The notes under the pieces: model-generated | Seen by the model: the letters and a program-made list of their open reading frames with translations, nothing else | The model's database searches: none | Told to the model about the DNA's origin: nothing | Shown here: positions 1 through 11,125 of the stretch, piece by piece | Position numbering within the stretch: the stretch's first letter is position 1 | Layout: every line of letters begins with the position of its first letter | Translations under genes and position numbers: made by a program | Origin: Nitrosospira sp. | GTDB lineage: Bacteria > Pseudomonadota > Gammaproteobacteria > Burkholderiales > Nitrosomonadaceae | DNA: 64,000 nucleotides | Direction: 5' to 3' | Assembly (NCBI GenBank): GCA_013450215.1 | Contig: JACDSH010000015.1 | Coordinates: 43,481-107,480, forward strand

Positions 1-647
1 ATGAAACTGCCGGCAGATTGCTTGATCAGGGCGTGACCCTGTCTGACCCATCTCGTATCGATATTCGTGGCCAACTCTTTTGTGGCAGTGACGTATCGAT
101 AGACATCAACTGCATTTTTGAAGGTGCAGTCCAGTTGGGTGATGGTGTCAGAGTGGGCGCTAACTGCATCCTGAAGAATACTAAGATTCAGGCAGGAACG
201 CAGATCGCTCCATTCAGCCTGATCGAGGATGCTGAAATTGGCAAAGACTGCCGTATTGGCCCCTATGCTCGCATTCGTCCAGGGACTCATCTTTCAGACG
301 AAGTTCATATCGGCAACTTTGTTGAGATCAAAAATAGCAGCATATCAACCGGCAGCAAGGCAAATCACTTAAGTTACATCGGGGACTCTATCGTCGGTAA
401 GAATGTCAATATTGGAGCGGGGACCATTACCTGTAACTACGATGGCGCTAATAAACACCAAACCATCATCGAGGATAACGTATTTATTGGCTCCGATACA
501 CAGCTTATAGCTCCGGTGACTGTGGCCAAGGGCGCCACCATCGGTGCAGGTTCGACCATCACAAAAACTGCTCCGCCAGAGAGTCTCACCCTATCGCGCG
601 CCAAGCAAATGAGTATCTCTAACTGGAAACGACCTGTAAAAAAATGA
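1..647 (+). CDS. glmU: GlmU (UDP-GlcNAc pyrophosphorylase / GlcN-1-P acetyltransferase), C-terminal acetyltransferase part; 5' end is off-window
   Basis: Frame is open to the window edge (track ORF 18..647 is only trimmed to a TTG). Has hexapeptide left-handed beta-helix repeats and the [27 protein letters not shown] block typical of GlmU. Lies directly upstream of glmS. Confidence 0.9.
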   Translation, partial: ETAGRLLDQGVTLSDPSRIDIRGQLFCGSDVSIDINCIFEGAVQLGDGVRVGANCILKNTKIQAGTQIAPFSLIEDAEIGKDCRIGPYARIRPGTHLSDEVHIGNFVEIKNSSISTGSKANHLSYIGDSIVGKNVNIGAGTITCNYDGANKHQTIIEDNVFIGSDTQLIAPVTVAKGATIGAGSTITKTAPPESLTLSRAKQMSISNWKRPVKK

Positions 648-705
648 ACATTTATCCTGTAGGAGCTCCTCCTCTATGGAATAACAATACTGAGAAAGTC
701 TACTC

Positions 706-2553
706 ATGTGCGGCATAGTAGGTGCGATAGCCCGGGATGATGTTGTCCCGATCCTGCTTGAAGGATTGCGCCGTCTTGAGTACCGTGGCTACGATTCTGC
801 TGGAATTGCTCTGGCAGATGGCGGATTAAGAAGGTTACGCACTACCGGACGGGTCTCTGAACTGAGTAAACTTGTCGGGGAGCAGCAGTTTCAAGGCATG
901 GTCGGTATTGCCCATACACGCTGGGCGACGCATGGGGCACCTTCTGAACGTAATGCCCACCCTCACTTTTCTGCAGGCGTTGGAAATGTTGCTGTCGTCC
1001 ATAACGGCATCATCGAAAATCATGAAAAGTTGCGTCAACGCTTGCAGAGCGCAGGCTTCGAATTCCTTTCTGACACCGATACCGAGGTCATTGCCCACCT
1101 CATCACACTCAAACTCCAACAGACTTCTGACTTGTTTGAGGCAGTACGCCTCTCTATTGACGATCTACAGGGCGCCTATGCTATTGCCGTTATAGAAGAG
1201 GCGCAACCTGAACGCATTATTGTTGCCCGTAATGGTGCGCCACTGATGTTGGGACTTGGCGAACACTGTAACTATGCTGCGTCTGATGCGTCTGCTCTGC
1301 TGCAGGTGACTAAGCGCATGATCTATCTAGAAGATGGCGATGTCGCTGAACTAAGGCGTGACGGTTACCGCATTGTTAATTGCCTTGCTGGCGTGACCAG
1401 CAAGGAGGTTGTTCGAGCTGTTTATGAAAGCGAGCTCACTGACACCGATGTTGAACTGGGACCCTATTCCCATTTCATGCAGAAGGAAATATTTGAGCAG
1501 CCCGGCGTGGTGGCAAATACGCTAGAAATTGTTCTGAATGCTCACTCCATCTCTCCACAGCTTTTTGGCAGCGATGCTGAACATATTTTCAAGCAGATTG
1601 ACAGCGTCCTCATACTCGCCTGCGGTACTAGCTATCATGCCGGACTGGTCGCCCGCTACTGGCTGGAATCAATGGCAGGATTGGCCTGTAATGTCGAGAT
1701 CGCGAGCGAGTATCGTTACCGTGATCCAGTAGCCAATCCAAAGACACTTGTGGTTGCAGTCTCCCAGTCAGGAGAAACGGCTGATACGCTGGCTGCACTA
1801 GCCTATGCTAAATCGCTGGGACACCAACATACCCTAGCCATCTGCAATGTTCCAGAAAGTGCGTTGATACGGTCTACCGATCTTCGTTTCCTTACTCGTG
1901 CAGGTCCTGAAATTGGCGTTGCATCAACCAAGGCATTCACTACCCAACTAGCAGCACTCATGCTGCTCTCTGTAACACTTGCGAAATTACGTGGAAAGCT
2001 GTCAAGCGAACGAGAGCGCGAAGTGATTGCGGAGTTGCGCCACCTTCCTGTCGCCTTAAAACATACGCTCCAAGTGGAAGATCAGGTAATGGTTTGGGCT
2101 GAGAGATTTGCGCATAAAAATCACGCACTGTTCCTCGGTCGAGGCATGCACTACCCCATCGCTATGGAGGGTGCACTCAAACTTAAGGAGATTTCATATA
2201 TTCATGCTGAAGCTTACGCTGCTGGTGAGTTAAAGCATGGCCCGTTGGCATTGGTAGATGAGGACATGCCCGTAGTCGCTATTGCTCCCAACAATGCTTT
2301 ACTTGAAAAACTTAAGTCCAACTTGCAGGAGGTTCGTGCGCGCGGCGGCGAACTCTATGTCTTCGTAGATTCTGATTCAACCATCCAGCAGAGCGAAGGG
2401 ATGCACGTCATCATCCTTCCGGAACATACCAGATTGTTGAGCCCCATCCTCCACACCATTCCGTTGCAATTACTGGCCTACCATGTTGCCTTGAAAAAAA
2501 ATACCGATGTAGACAAACCCCGCAATCTTGCAAAATCCGTCACGGTGGAGTGA
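706..2553 (+). CDS. glmS: Glutamine--fructose-6-phosphate aminotransferase
   Basis: 615 aa. N-terminal MCGIVG (Cys2 Ntn nucleophile), SIS domains, C-terminal ...[13 protein letters not shown]. Confidence 0.97.
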   Translation: MCGIVGAIARDDVVPILLEGLRRLEYRGYDSAGIALADGGLRRLRTTGRVSELSKLVGEQQFQGMVGIAHTRWATHGAPSERNAHPHFSAGVGNVAVVHNGIIENHEKLRQRLQSAGFEFLSDTDTEVIAHLITLKLQQTSDLFEAVRLSIDDLQGAYAIAVIEEAQPERIIVARNGAPLMLGLGEHCNYAASDASALLQVTKRMIYLEDGDVAELRRDGYRIVNCLAGVTSKEVVRAVYESELTDTDVELGPYSHFMQKEIFEQPGVVANTLEIVLNAHSISPQLFGSDAEHIFKQIDSVLILACGTSYHAGLVARYWLESMAGLACNVEIASEYRYRDPVANPKTLVVAVSQSGETADTLAALAYAKSLGHQHTLAICNVPESALIRSTDLRFLTRAGPEIGVASTKAFTTQLAALMLLSVTLAKLRGKLSSEREREVIAELRHLPVALKHTLQVEDQVMVWAERFAHKNHALFLGRGMHYPIAMEGALKLKEISYIHAEAYAAGELKHGPLALVDEDMPVVAIAPNNALLEKLKSNLQEVRARGGELYVFVDSDSTIQQSEGMHVIILPEHTRLLSPILHTIPLQLLAYHVALKKNTDVDKPRNLAKSVTVE

Positions 2554-2696
2554 CCTCTAAAGGACCTCTTCTCCAAAGGTCCAGCAAAAAGCCCCCAAAG
2601 ACTCTTACCATTAGCAGCAAACCCTTAGTTCTCGACATTCGTCCGCTATCTGTTTACCAGCACACACTAATCGACACTACCCGGAGACAGATGCAG

Positions 2697-4160
2697 TCAG
2701 ATACTCAGTTCCTGCCAAATTTCATCCACGCGCGCTTTCACCGCAGGATCCATCACAATCGGCGTACCCCATTCCCGAGTGGTTTCTCCTGGCCACTTGT
2801 TGGTGGCATCAAGCCCCATTTTTCCACCCAAGCCCGACACTGGGCTGGCGAAATCAAGATAATCTATCGGCGTATTTTCCACGATCAGTGTATCGCGCGC
2901 AGGATCTAAACGTGTAGTTACCGCCCAGATGACTTCCTTCCAGTCTCGGATATTCACATCGTCATCGGTGACGATTATAAATTTAGTGTACATAAACTGG
3001 CGTAGGAAACTCCATATACCAAACATCACTCGCTTAGCATGGCCTGCATATTGTTTTTTCATGCTCACTACTGCCATACGGTATGAACAACCTTCCGGCG
3101 GCAAATAAAAATCAGTGATTTCAGGAAACTGCTTTCGTAGCAACGGCACGAAAACTTCATTCAACGCCACGCCGAGTATAGCCGGCTCATCTGGAGGCTT
3201 GCCAGTATAAGTCGAATGAAAAATTGGATTACGACGCATGGTGATGCGCTCAATCGTAAATACCGGAAAAGTTTCTTGCTCATTATAGTAACCAGTGTGA
3301 TCACCGAATGGGCCCTCGAGTGCTGTTTCTCCGGCATGGATAAATCCTTCCAGTACGATTTCTGCACTTGCCGGAACCTGCAAGTCATGGCTTAGGCAAC
3401 TAATGATTTCGGTTTTTGCGCCACGCAACAGACCAGAAAATTGATACTCACTGAGACTATCAGGGACCGGAGTAACAGCCCCGAGTATGGTTGCAGGGTC
3501 TGCTCCCAGCGCTACCGCTACCGGGTAAGGCTGCCCCGGATGGGTAAGGCAGAAGTCACGGAAATCTAGTGCGCCCCCTCGATGAGCCAGCCAGCGCATA
3601 ATGATCTTATTAGGCGCGATCACCTGCTGACGGTATATACCCAGATTCTGTCGTGCCTTGTGTGGCCCACGGGTCACGGTCAATCCCCAAGTGATTAGAG
3701 GGCCTGCATCACCCGGCCAGCATGTCTGGATCGGGAGCCTACCGAGATCTACATCCTTGCCCTCCCACACAACCTCCTGACACGGCGCGCTCGAAACGAT
3801 TTTTGGCGCCATATTGAGCACCTGCTTCAATATTGGGAATTTATCCCAAGCGTCTTTCAATCCCTTCGGTGGCTCTGGCTCCTTCAAAGCAGCGAGCAGC
3901 TCACCCACTTCGCGTAACGCTGAAACAGACTCCTGTCCCATACCCATAGCCACCCGCCGTGGCGTGCCAAATAGATTTCCAAGCACGGGGATACTATGCC
4001 CCCTGGGATTCTCGAACAGGATGGCTGGGCCACCCGCCTTCAGTACCCGATCGCAAATTTCAGTCATCTCGAGATGCGGGTCAATCTCTTTCGTGATGCG
4101 CCTTAGCTCACCCTGGCTTTCCAGTTTTGCGAGAAAATCGCGCAGATCTTTATATTTCAT
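2697..4160 (-). CDS. ubiD: UbiD-family 4-hydroxy-3-polyprenylbenzoate decarboxylase
   Basis: 487 aa, full-length UbiD-like ([10 protein letters not shown]...). Starts 16 nt downstream of ubiA on the same strand. Confidence 0.93.
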   Translation of the reverse strand: MKYKDLRDFLAKLESQGELRRITKEIDPHLEMTEICDRVLKAGGPAILFENPRGHSIPVLGNLFGTPRRVAMGMGQESVSALREVGELLAALKEPEPPKGLKDAWDKFPILKQVLNMAPKIVSSAPCQEVVWEGKDVDLGRLPIQTCWPGDAGPLITWGLTVTRGPHKARQNLGIYRQQVIAPNKIIMRWLAHRGGALDFRDFCLTHPGQPYPVAVALGADPATILGAVTPVPDSLSEYQFSGLLRGAKTEIISCLSHDLQVPASAEIVLEGFIHAGETALEGPFGDHTGYYNEQETFPVFTIERITMRRNPIFHSTYTGKPPDEPAILGVALNEVFVPLLRKQFPEITDFYLPPEGCSYRMAVVSMKKQYAGHAKRVMFGIWSFLRQFMYTKFIIVTDDDVNIRDWKEVIWAVTTRLDPARDTLIVENTPIDYLDFASPVSGLGGKMGLDATNKWPGETTREWGTPIVMDPAVKARVDEIWQELSI

Positions 4161-4176
4161 CGTAGCGGGACACTTA

Positions 4177-5046
4177 TTAAGTTGCCTCTGTCAGATAACC
4201 GAGCACAATGCCAGCAAACACCACCGCACCTACCCAGTTATTGTGTAAAAATGCTCTGAAACATAAGACTGGATCACGCTTGCGAATCAAACGATACTGA
4301 TAAATAATCAGACCCGATGCGGCGATCAGACCCACATAATATGCAAGCCCCAGTTTCTGCATTAATCCTATTCCGATCATAATACTCAAAAACCCCGCAT
4401 GACATAGCATAATTCCCATCACGTCAAAATGTCCAAAAGTGATCGCGGAGGTCTTGATCCCTATCTTGAGGTCGTCGTCTCTATCGACCATTGCATACTC
4501 AGTATCATAAGCAATCACCCACAATAGATTTGCCGCCATCAGCAGCCAGACTATCAATGGTAGCTCACCGGTCTGAGCAGCAAACGCCATCGGGATACCG
4601 AAACTAAAGGCAATACCTAAATAAGCTTGCGGCATCGCAAAGAAGCGTTTCGTAAACGGATAGCTGGCGGCAAGAAATAGTGCAAATACCGCCAGCTCGA
4701 GCGTAAGCCGATTCAGTGGCAGTATCAGCAAGAACGCGCATAGACTTAAGCCTGCCGACAGAAGTAATGCCTCTTTAGTACTCACCGCCTTGGTTGCTAG
4801 TGGGCGGTTTTTAGTCCGCACAACATGCGGGTCAATATTTCGATCAGCGTAATCATTAATCACACAACCGGCAGATCGCATCAGCACTGTACCCAATACA
4901 AATACTGTCAGAATAAACATATCAGGAGGGCCATCAGCAGCGAGCCATAGACCCCACAGTGTGGGCCATAGTAACAACAGAATCCCGATCGGCTTGTCCA
5001 GCCGCATCAGTTTCCCGTAATGACCTAACCGTTGCGTGAATGTCAC
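4177..5046 (-). CDS. ubiA: 4-hydroxybenzoate polyprenyltransferase
   Basis: NDYADRNID...RTKNRPLA Asp-rich prenyltransferase motif and many TM helices. Start placed at GTG 5046, which overlaps the ubiC TAG by 1 nt and gives 289 aa. The track start at 5133 would add 29 aa overlapping ubiC. Confidence 0.88.
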   Translation of the reverse strand: MTFTQRLGHYGKLMRLDKPIGILLLLWPTLWGLWLAADGPPDMFILTVFVLGTVLMRSAGCVINDYADRNIDPHVVRTKNRPLATKAVSTKEALLLSAGLSLCAFLLILPLNRLTLELAVFALFLAASYPFTKRFFAMPQAYLGIAFSFGIPMAFAAQTGELPLIVWLLMAANLLWVIAYDTEYAMVDRDDDLKIGIKTSAITFGHFDVMGIMLCHAGFLSIMIGIGLMQKLGLAYYVGLIAASGLIIYQYRLIRKRDPVLCFRAFLHNNWVGAVVFAGIVLGYLTEAT

Positions 5047-5609
5047 TACTTTAAATCCAAAATAGCAGGAAGAAACACCTCGGTAACCAGTAAGGACTGC
5101 CCATCCAGAGTAAATAAGGAACGTCGCGACCATAGACTAATCGGCAGGCCCGCTGGCGTGATCGGCAGCTCCCTACATGCTCGATGAAAAAGTGGGTGGC
5201 CTGAATTTAATTTTTTGAATTGCAGCGGGGCGCGTCTGACCGCGGGATTAGTGAACAGGACCGTGCCCAACGACTTGCTCCCAAGGCCACCCAACCCTCG
5301 CCAAGCGCCACGCAGATTTTTCCTAGCGACAACTGAATGTGCGAAAACTAGAGGCGTTTTGCCGCAGTATAGATATACCTCCCGCACCAATGCCATTTCT
5401 TTGCGGCGCAGATCCATTACGACGAGTTCGTCCTCGCATACCGTTGACAGCGATTGAAATATTGGCTTAACGCGAAAATTACTACAATGCTGCTGAATCA
5501 GGCGTGTCAATGAGCCACGATTTTGCAGCCAGTAGCGGCTGCGCGGCGAGATGGAAGGTGGTGCGGAATTCCAGGCTGAATCTATTTTCATAATGAATCT
5601 GGCCTTCAT
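5046..5609 (-). CDS. ubiC: Chorismate pyruvate-lyase
   Basis: WL..RGSLTRLI block and C-terminal LWSRRSLF...LLVTEVFLP resemble E. coli UbiC (LWGRRSRL...LLLTELFLP). ATG at 5609 overlaps the TGA of the upstream permease (TGATG). The longer track start lies inside the permease gene. Confidence 0.78.
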   Translation of the reverse strand: MKARFIMKIDSAWNSAPPSISPRSRYWLQNRGSLTRLIQQHCSNFRVKPIFQSLSTVCEDELVVMDLRRKEMALVREVYLYCGKTPLVFAHSVVARKNLRGAWRGLGGLGSKSLGTVLFTNPAVRRAPLQFKKLNSGHPLFHRACRELPITPAGLPISLWSRRSLFTLDGQSLLVTEVFLPAILDLK

Positions 5610-6607
5610 CAGCGTTTTCTCGACAACAATAACAATAACAATGGCACACCCAATAATGCAGTTAATACCCCTACCGGCAGTTGCTGCGGCGCCCACAAAG
5701 TTCGCGCTAAAGTATCTGCCAATGTGAGAAAGCTACCCCCCAGTAACATTGCCAAAGGTAGCAACCAGCGATGATCATTAATCCCTAACAAGCGAATGAC
5801 ATGGGGAATAATCAGACCAACAAAACCGATGGCACCGGCCATCATCAATGATGCTACAGTCGCCAAAGCGGCGCAAAAGTAAATGCTCACTTGCAACGGC
5901 AGCACTGCGACACCGAGGGCTTTCGCCTTCATCTGACCAAGACTCAGGACATTGAGACTGCCGGAAAAGAGAATGCTCGTGGCTGTCACGATGATCAACG
6001 CCAGCCATGCCGATAATAATCCCTCTGCTCCGACCGCACGTGATACATCACCCATCATCCAAAACAGCATGCCCTTGACATCACTAGCTGGTGCTAGGGT
6101 CAAGATCAAGGTCGTCAATGCAGCGCAACCAGCGGACAGCACTACCCCGGTCAACAGGAGCCGGTATACATTCCAGTCTCCATTTCGAAAGGTCAAGCCA
6201 AACACGATGGAAATCGCAGCCAGTGCGCCGATCATTGACGTTAGGTTGACTAGGGCCAAGCCCCACCCAAACAGCATCGCTGTAAGCGCGCCGACCGCTG
6301 CACCCCCAGACACCCCGAGAATATAAGGGTCTGCTAGCGGATTACGCAATAACACCTGCAACAATGCGCCCGCCAAGGCCAACAGGCCGCCGCTGGCGAA
6401 TGCGGCTAATACTCGAGGCAGTCTAAGCTGCCAGACAATCTGACTGATGGCATCATCGCCCGGTGACAATAGCGCCGTAGCAACTTGATAGGGCGGAATG
6501 TTCACGCTACCGAACAGCAACCCTGCAAATAGGCTGCTAACCGCGACCAGCAAAAAGAGAAAGAAACTCGGCAAGAGATGCTTGGAAGAGATCATGAAGC
6601 TTCGCAA
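5609..6607 (-). CDS. FecCD/BtuC-family ABC transporter permease (iron-chelate/cobalamin type); orphan
   Basis: 332 aa, about 9-10 TM helices. FecCD signature RLPRVLAAFASGGLLALAGALLQVLLRNPLADPYILGVSGGAA. Start is either TTG 6607 or ATG 6595. No ATPase or binding-protein gene is adjacent. Confidence 0.85.
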   Translation of the reverse strand: MRSFMISSKHLLPSFFLFLLVAVSSLFAGLLFGSVNIPPYQVATALLSPGDDAISQIVWQLRLPRVLAAFASGGLLALAGALLQVLLRNPLADPYILGVSGGAAVGALTAMLFGWGLALVNLTSMIGALAAISIVFGLTFRNGDWNVYRLLLTGVVLSAGCAALTTLILTLAPASDVKGMLFWMMGDVSRAVGAEGLLSAWLALIIVTATSILFSGSLNVLSLGQMKAKALGVAVLPLQVSIYFCAALATVASLMMAGAIGFVGLIIPHVIRLLGINDHRWLLPLAMLLGGSFLTLADTLARTLWAPQQLPVGVLTALLGVPLLLLLLSRKR

Positions 6608-6775
6608 TGGGTCAATCTGCCCGGCTGCAGAGTAACAGAGCCCCGCATCTTCATATATCTTGAGTACATTTCTGCATGACTATGCGTTGAAGTGAATACA
6701 TCACTGGCGGTCGTTCATCCAGAATTTTCCAGCGCCGGTGGTTTCGGATGCCTTTATTTTTCTTTGGCACCTATG

Positions 6776-7438
6776 CTACCGCAGACTAATGATCGGCCAG
6801 TTATTTTTCTCGGCATGGCTCTGTAGCGTCGAGTCGGGGTCCACCGCTACCGGGTGTGTAACCTTGATGAGCAGCGGCAGATCATTCAATGAGTCACTGT
6901 AGAACCAGCTCTCAAGGAACGACAGCCAGGTTAGGTTGCGATCATCCAGCCAGCTTTCCAGTCGCGTGATCTTTCCTTCTCTGAAACAGGGTATACCTGC
7001 AACCTGGCCCGTGAATTCACCATTTCTCTGTTCGGGATCGGTGGCAATCAAGTGGCTCACGCCGAGTATCCGAGCAATTGGGGCAGTAACAAAACTATTG
7101 GTCGCTGTAATAATGACGCATAAATCTCCGTTGAGCGTATGCTGCTCAATCAATTTGTGCGCACCTGGTGCAACTAGCCGTTTAATCTTTTGCGTCATGA
7201 ACTCGTTGTGCCAGGCATCGAGCTGACTGCGTGGATGACGCGATAACGGTTTCAACTGGAAATCCAAGAACTCGTGAATATCGAGCGTGCCGTCTTTATA
7301 TTGCTCATAGAACTCTAGATTACGCGCTTCATATACTTCGCGGTCCACCACGCGCTTCTCGATCAAGAATTGAGCCCATTCAAAATCACTATCACCCGCC
7401 AGGAGCGTGTTATCGAGATCAAACAATGCCAAGTTCAT
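6776..7438 (-). CDS. HAD-IB family hydrolase (phosphoserine-phosphatase-like)
   Basis: 220 aa. N-terminal FDLDNTLL (DxDxT motif I) and later HAD motifs. ATGA overlap with the hda stop. Confidence 0.8.
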   Translation of the reverse strand: MNLALFDLDNTLLAGDSDFEWAQFLIEKRVVDREVYEARNLEFYEQYKDGTLDIHEFLDFQLKPLSRHPRSQLDAWHNEFMTQKIKRLVAPGAHKLIEQHTLNGDLCVIITATNSFVTAPIARILGVSHLIATDPEQRNGEFTGQVAGIPCFREGKITRLESWLDDRNLTWLSFLESWFYSDSLNDLPLLIKVTHPVAVDPDSTLQSHAEKNNWPIISLR

Positions 7439-8115
7439 CGCCCCTCCAACAGTTCACATAATAATGGCACGGTAATCTGCCGCTGATCTACAAGAGAGCG
7501 GCGGTCTAGTGCATTGATAGTCTCGATCAGTGTCGGCATATCGCGCTGCCCATGTCGTAGCAAATAATCACTCACCTCCTTCGGCAGATCAAAGCCGAGG
7601 CTGACAGCGTGTTTTTGCATAGCCCGCACCTTTTCATCGTCGGTTAATTCATGCACCTGGTAGACCAATCCCCACCCCAAACGAGTAACCAAGTCCTCAC
7701 GTAGCCCCAGTTGTGCAGGTGCGACAGGTCCACTCACCAACAACCGTGCATGACCCTCATCCCGTATATGGTTATATAAATTGAACAGGCTGATTTGCCC
7801 GCTGGCATTGAGGAATTTTACGTCATCGACCGCTACGCAGTCGGCAGCAACATGAGTGCCGAATGTAGCATTCATATCATCGGCACTACTGCACTTTATA
7901 TAGACCGCATTCAATTTGTTGCGTGCGGCCACCGCGACCACTGCCTGTAGCAAATGGCTTCTGCCGCAACCTGTTGCCCCCCAGAGGTAAACAAACCGCT
8001 CTTTCCCCGCAATTATCTCATCTAGGGTCTGCAGCAACTCACGGTTATGTCCCGGTACGAAGTTATCTAGAGCGGGCGATGGCGAGGGGGTGATATCCAG
8101 CAGCAGTTGCTTCAT
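7435..8115 (-). CDS. hda: DnaA regulatory inactivator Hda (DnaA-related AAA+)
   Basis: P-loop-like WGATGCGRSHLLQA and DnaA domain III-like sequence. Start taken at ATG 8115 (MKQLLLDI...), just after the upstream gene's TAG at 8120-8122. Confidence 0.85.
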   Translation of the reverse strand: MKQLLLDITPSPSPALDNFVPGHNRELLQTLDEIIAGKERFVYLWGATGCGRSHLLQAVVAVAARNKLNAVYIKCSSADDMNATFGTHVAADCVAVDDVKFLNASGQISLFNLYNHIRDEGHARLLVSGPVAPAQLGLREDLVTRLGWGLVYQVHELTDDEKVRAMQKHAVSLGFDLPKEVSDYLLRHGQRDMPTLIETINALDRRSLVDQRQITVPLLCELLEGR

Positions 8116-8119
8116 TTGA

Positions 8120-9181
8120 CTACTTATATAGGTTGCTTTGCATATACTGTGCTCGGGCATGGCGTAGCCATACCAGCAACGCAGCGCTCACTGGCAACGC
8201 CAGCAAGAGACCAAAGAATCCAAACAATTGACCGAATGCGAGCAACGCGAAAATCACCAGTACCGGATGCAGACCGATGCGATCTCCGACCAACCAGGGC
8301 GTTACCACCGTCCCTTCCAGTAACTGTCCGACAGCAAATACCGCCCATATCGGAAGCAATCCACTCCATCCCTGAAACTGCATCAATGCCACCAGAGTTG
8401 CAAGGATCAGGCCAACAGCTGCTCCCAGATACGGTACAAACACCAGTATTCCAGCCAACAGTCCGATCGGCAGCGCGAATTCAAGGCCTACTAACCACAG
8501 CCCAGTCACGTAGCAAAGGCTCATTAGTAGCATAACCGCCAACTGTCCACGCAAGAATTCTGCCAGCACGCGATCAGTCTCAAGTGCGAGCGTATGAGCC
8601 TGCTCAAGCCAGCGGCGCGGAATCATTTCATCGACACGTCTAATCAACCCATTCCAGTCCCGTAACAAGTAGAACAGTACCACCGGCATTAGCAGCAGAT
8701 TCATGAAAAACTCTACCGCCGCCATCCCACCGCTGGTGAGTGATGGCAGCAGCTTCGCTGCCGCCCCACCCGCACTTTGCCAGTGCTGCACCAACAATTG
8801 CTTGAGCGTGGCAACATCTAGATCCAGGCTAATGCCTAGATACGCTTCCATCCAGGGGATTAATTTGATCTTGATTGTTTCAAGGTAGTCCGGTGCCCGC
8901 TCAATCAATCTCGAGATTTCTTTCTCGAACAAGGGCAACATGATCAGAATCAACGCCAAAAAAATACTCAGCAACAACAGAATCACCAGCAAGGCGCCAA
9001 GGGTCCGCGAAATTTTACCCGTCGCTATTCGCGCCATCAGCGGATTACAAATATAGGCAATGATCCCCGCCAGCATGAATGGGGCGAGTATTGGGCTTAG
9101 TAAATAAACCAGCGCTCCAGCGGCGGCGGCGAGCGCCAGCCGCCATAGATAATGCAGATCGTCGGGGTGTTTAAGGTCCAT
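8120..9181 (-). CDS. AI-2E family transporter (PerM/YhhT-like permease)
   Basis: 353 aa polytopic membrane protein with the typical AI-2E C-terminal half (...FVPYLGA...GLHPV...). Confidence 0.82.
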   Translation of the reverse strand: MDLKHPDDLHYLWRLALAAAAGALVYLLSPILAPFMLAGIIAYICNPLMARIATGKISRTLGALLVILLLLSIFLALILIMLPLFEKEISRLIERAPDYLETIKIKLIPWMEAYLGISLDLDVATLKQLLVQHWQSAGGAAAKLLPSLTSGGMAAVEFFMNLLLMPVVLFYLLRDWNGLIRRVDEMIPRRWLEQAHTLALETDRVLAEFLRGQLAVMLLMSLCYVTGLWLVGLEFALPIGLLAGILVFVPYLGAAVGLILATLVALMQFQGWSGLLPIWAVFAVGQLLEGTVVTPWLVGDRIGLHPVLVIFALLAFGQLFGFFGLLLALPVSAALLVWLRHARAQYMQSNLYK

Positions 9182-9397
9182 TTACGGTAAAATCATATTA
9201 CTTAATCTTGCACTCTATCTGCAATGAAACGAGAACTCAACTTACGAACACCCATAATAATTTAAACCCCATTCGATACTGATCCGCTGACAAGAAATCT
9301 ACCTCTATTTATAAACATATGTTGCGTCGAAATTTTTTATTTCTGCTCTCGATTAGTAACCGTATTTCATTAACATCTTGAACTCTTAGAGGTAGCC

Positions 9398-10456
9398 TTG
9401 ACTGCGTCCAATTCGGGAAACCCACTTCCAACCCATCTATCATATCGAGATGCTGGTGTAGACATCGATGCCGGGGATCGCCTGGTGGAAAATATCAAGC
9501 CCTACGCTAAGCGCACCATGCGCCCAGAGGTGCTTGCCGGGATCGGCGGTTTTGGGGCGCTGTTCGAAATCTCCAAAAAATACCGTAACCCAGTACTGGT
9601 GACAGGCACCGATGGTGTCGGCACTAAATTGAAGCTCGCATTCGAACTCGGCAAGCATGATAGTGTGGGCATAGACTTGGTCGCGATGAGCGTCAACGAT
9701 ATCCTAGTGCAGGGAGCGGAACCATTATTTTTTCTGGATTACTTCGCCTGTGGCCGGCTGGATGTCGACATCGCTACCCGAGTCGTCAAGGGCATCGCTG
9801 CAGGGTGTGAACAAGCGGGCTGCGCCCTGATCGGCGGAGAGACCGCAGAAATGCCTGGCATGTACCCAGAGGGTGAGTATGACCTTGCAGGCTTTTCCGT
9901 GGGTGTGGTTGAGAAGGACTTGATCATCACCGGACTCACTATCCAGCCGGGTGATGCCCTGTTGGGATTAGCTTCCAGCGGCGCACACTCTAACGGGTAC
10001 TCGCTGATCCGTAAGATTATTGAAAAGAACCACACAGACCTGTCTACTGATTTTAACGGTATGGCGTTAGGCGACATGATCATGACCCCAACACGTATTT
10101 ATGTGAAGCCACTGCTTGAACTGATGCGGCATCTTCCGGTTAAAGGTATGGCCCATATCACCGGCGGCGGGTTAGTAGAAAATATCCCTCGTGTCTTACC
10201 TGAAAACGTCGCCGCAGTACTGCAGAAATCTGCATGGGAGATGCCCCCACTTTTCCGCTGGCTCCAACAAGAAGGCAATGTGACTGATAGCGAGATGCAC
10301 CGAGTCTTCAATTGTGGTATCGGAATGGCTCTAATCATTGCCCCAGAAAATATTGAATCGGCAAAGCGAATATTGCACTCCGCAGGCGAGACCGTGTGGC
10401 ACATTGGTACCATCCGCGAGAGTGATCCCGGCACGCCTAAAACAATAATTGAGTAA
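9398..10456 (+). CDS. purM: Phosphoribosylformylglycinamidine cyclo-ligase (AIR synthetase)
   Basis: 352 aa. [11 protein letters not shown] and GTDGVGTKL motifs. TTG start preceded by AGAGG. Confidence 0.95.
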   Translation: MTASNSGNPLPTHLSYRDAGVDIDAGDRLVENIKPYAKRTMRPEVLAGIGGFGALFEISKKYRNPVLVTGTDGVGTKLKLAFELGKHDSVGIDLVAMSVNDILVQGAEPLFFLDYFACGRLDVDIATRVVKGIAAGCEQAGCALIGGETAEMPGMYPEGEYDLAGFSVGVVEKDLIITGLTIQPGDALLGLASSGAHSNGYSLIRKIIEKNHTDLSTDFNGMALGDMIMTPTRIYVKPLLELMRHLPVKGMAHITGGGLVENIPRVLPENVAAVLQKSAWEMPPLFRWLQQEGNVTDSEMHRVFNCGIGMALIIAPENIESAKRILHSAGETVWHIGTIRESDPGTPKTIIE

Positions 10457-10486
10457 GCAACGAATCGAGTCTCCCCCACCGCTCCC

Positions 10487-11125
10487 ATGAAGTCCCTTGT
10501 CATCTTGATCTCCGGCCGCGGCAGCAATATGCAAGCACTGATCGAGGCCCGTCTGCCGGTTAAGATTGCTGCGGTCATCAGCAGCAATCCTGAGGCAGGT
10601 GGTCTTGAGATCGCAAGAATGCACTCAATCGAGACACGGGTGGTAGATCAAATGGCCTATCCAGACCGTGTAACATTCGATACGGCGTTGGCAGAAAGAA
10701 TTGATTCCTTTCAACCTGACTTGGTGGCACTTGCCGGCTTCATGCGCATTCTCGGTGACAAGTTTGTTGAGCATTATCATGGCAGGCTGATGAACATTCA
10801 CCCCTCGTTACTACCCGCCTTTCCCGGTCTCGATACCCATACTCGCGCTTTAAAGGCGGGCGTTAAAATCCATGGTTGCACCGTGCATTTTGTTACGTCT
10901 CAGGTTGATCATGGCCCCATCATTACTCAGGCAGCAGTCCCAGTACTGCCAGATGACACTTCGAAAACGCTTTCTGCAAGAGTGCTTCAACAAGAGCACC
11001 AGATATACCCTGAGGCCATACGCTGGTTCTTAGAAGATCGGTTGAAACTCTCTCATAACCATGTCTCGGTGAGTGGTGACGTTATGGATGATTCAGTCCT
11101 GAATTCACCAAAACTACCTGTATGA
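10487..11125 (+). CDS. purN: Phosphoribosylglycinamide formyltransferase
   Basis: 212 aa. ISGRGSNMQALI, NIHPSLLP and GCTVHFV motifs. Follows purM. Confidence 0.93.
   Translation: MKSLVILISGRGSNMQALIEARLPVKIAAVISSNPEAGGLEIARMHSIETRVVDQMAYPDRVTFDTALAERIDSFQPDLVALAGFMRILGDKFVEHYHGRLMNIHPSLLPAFPGLDTHTRALKAGVKIHGCTVHFVTSQVDHGPIITQAAVPVLPDDTSKTLSARVLQQEHQIYPEAIRWFLEDRLKLSHNHVSVSGDVMDDSVLNSPKLPV

Noticed and set aside
648-705. glmS ribozyme or other leader RNA upstream of glmS
   Set aside because: The gap is 58 nt. The ribozyme is a Gram-positive feature and needs about 170 nt. This is just an intercistronic spacer.
6608-6775. Possible cobalamin riboswitch in the 168-nt leader of the BtuC/FecCD-type permease
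   Set aside because: Reading the minus strand, I find neither the B12 box (AGYCMGGAGACCKGCC-like) nor the GGGAA/GCCACTG core. Only a chance GCCAGTG is present.
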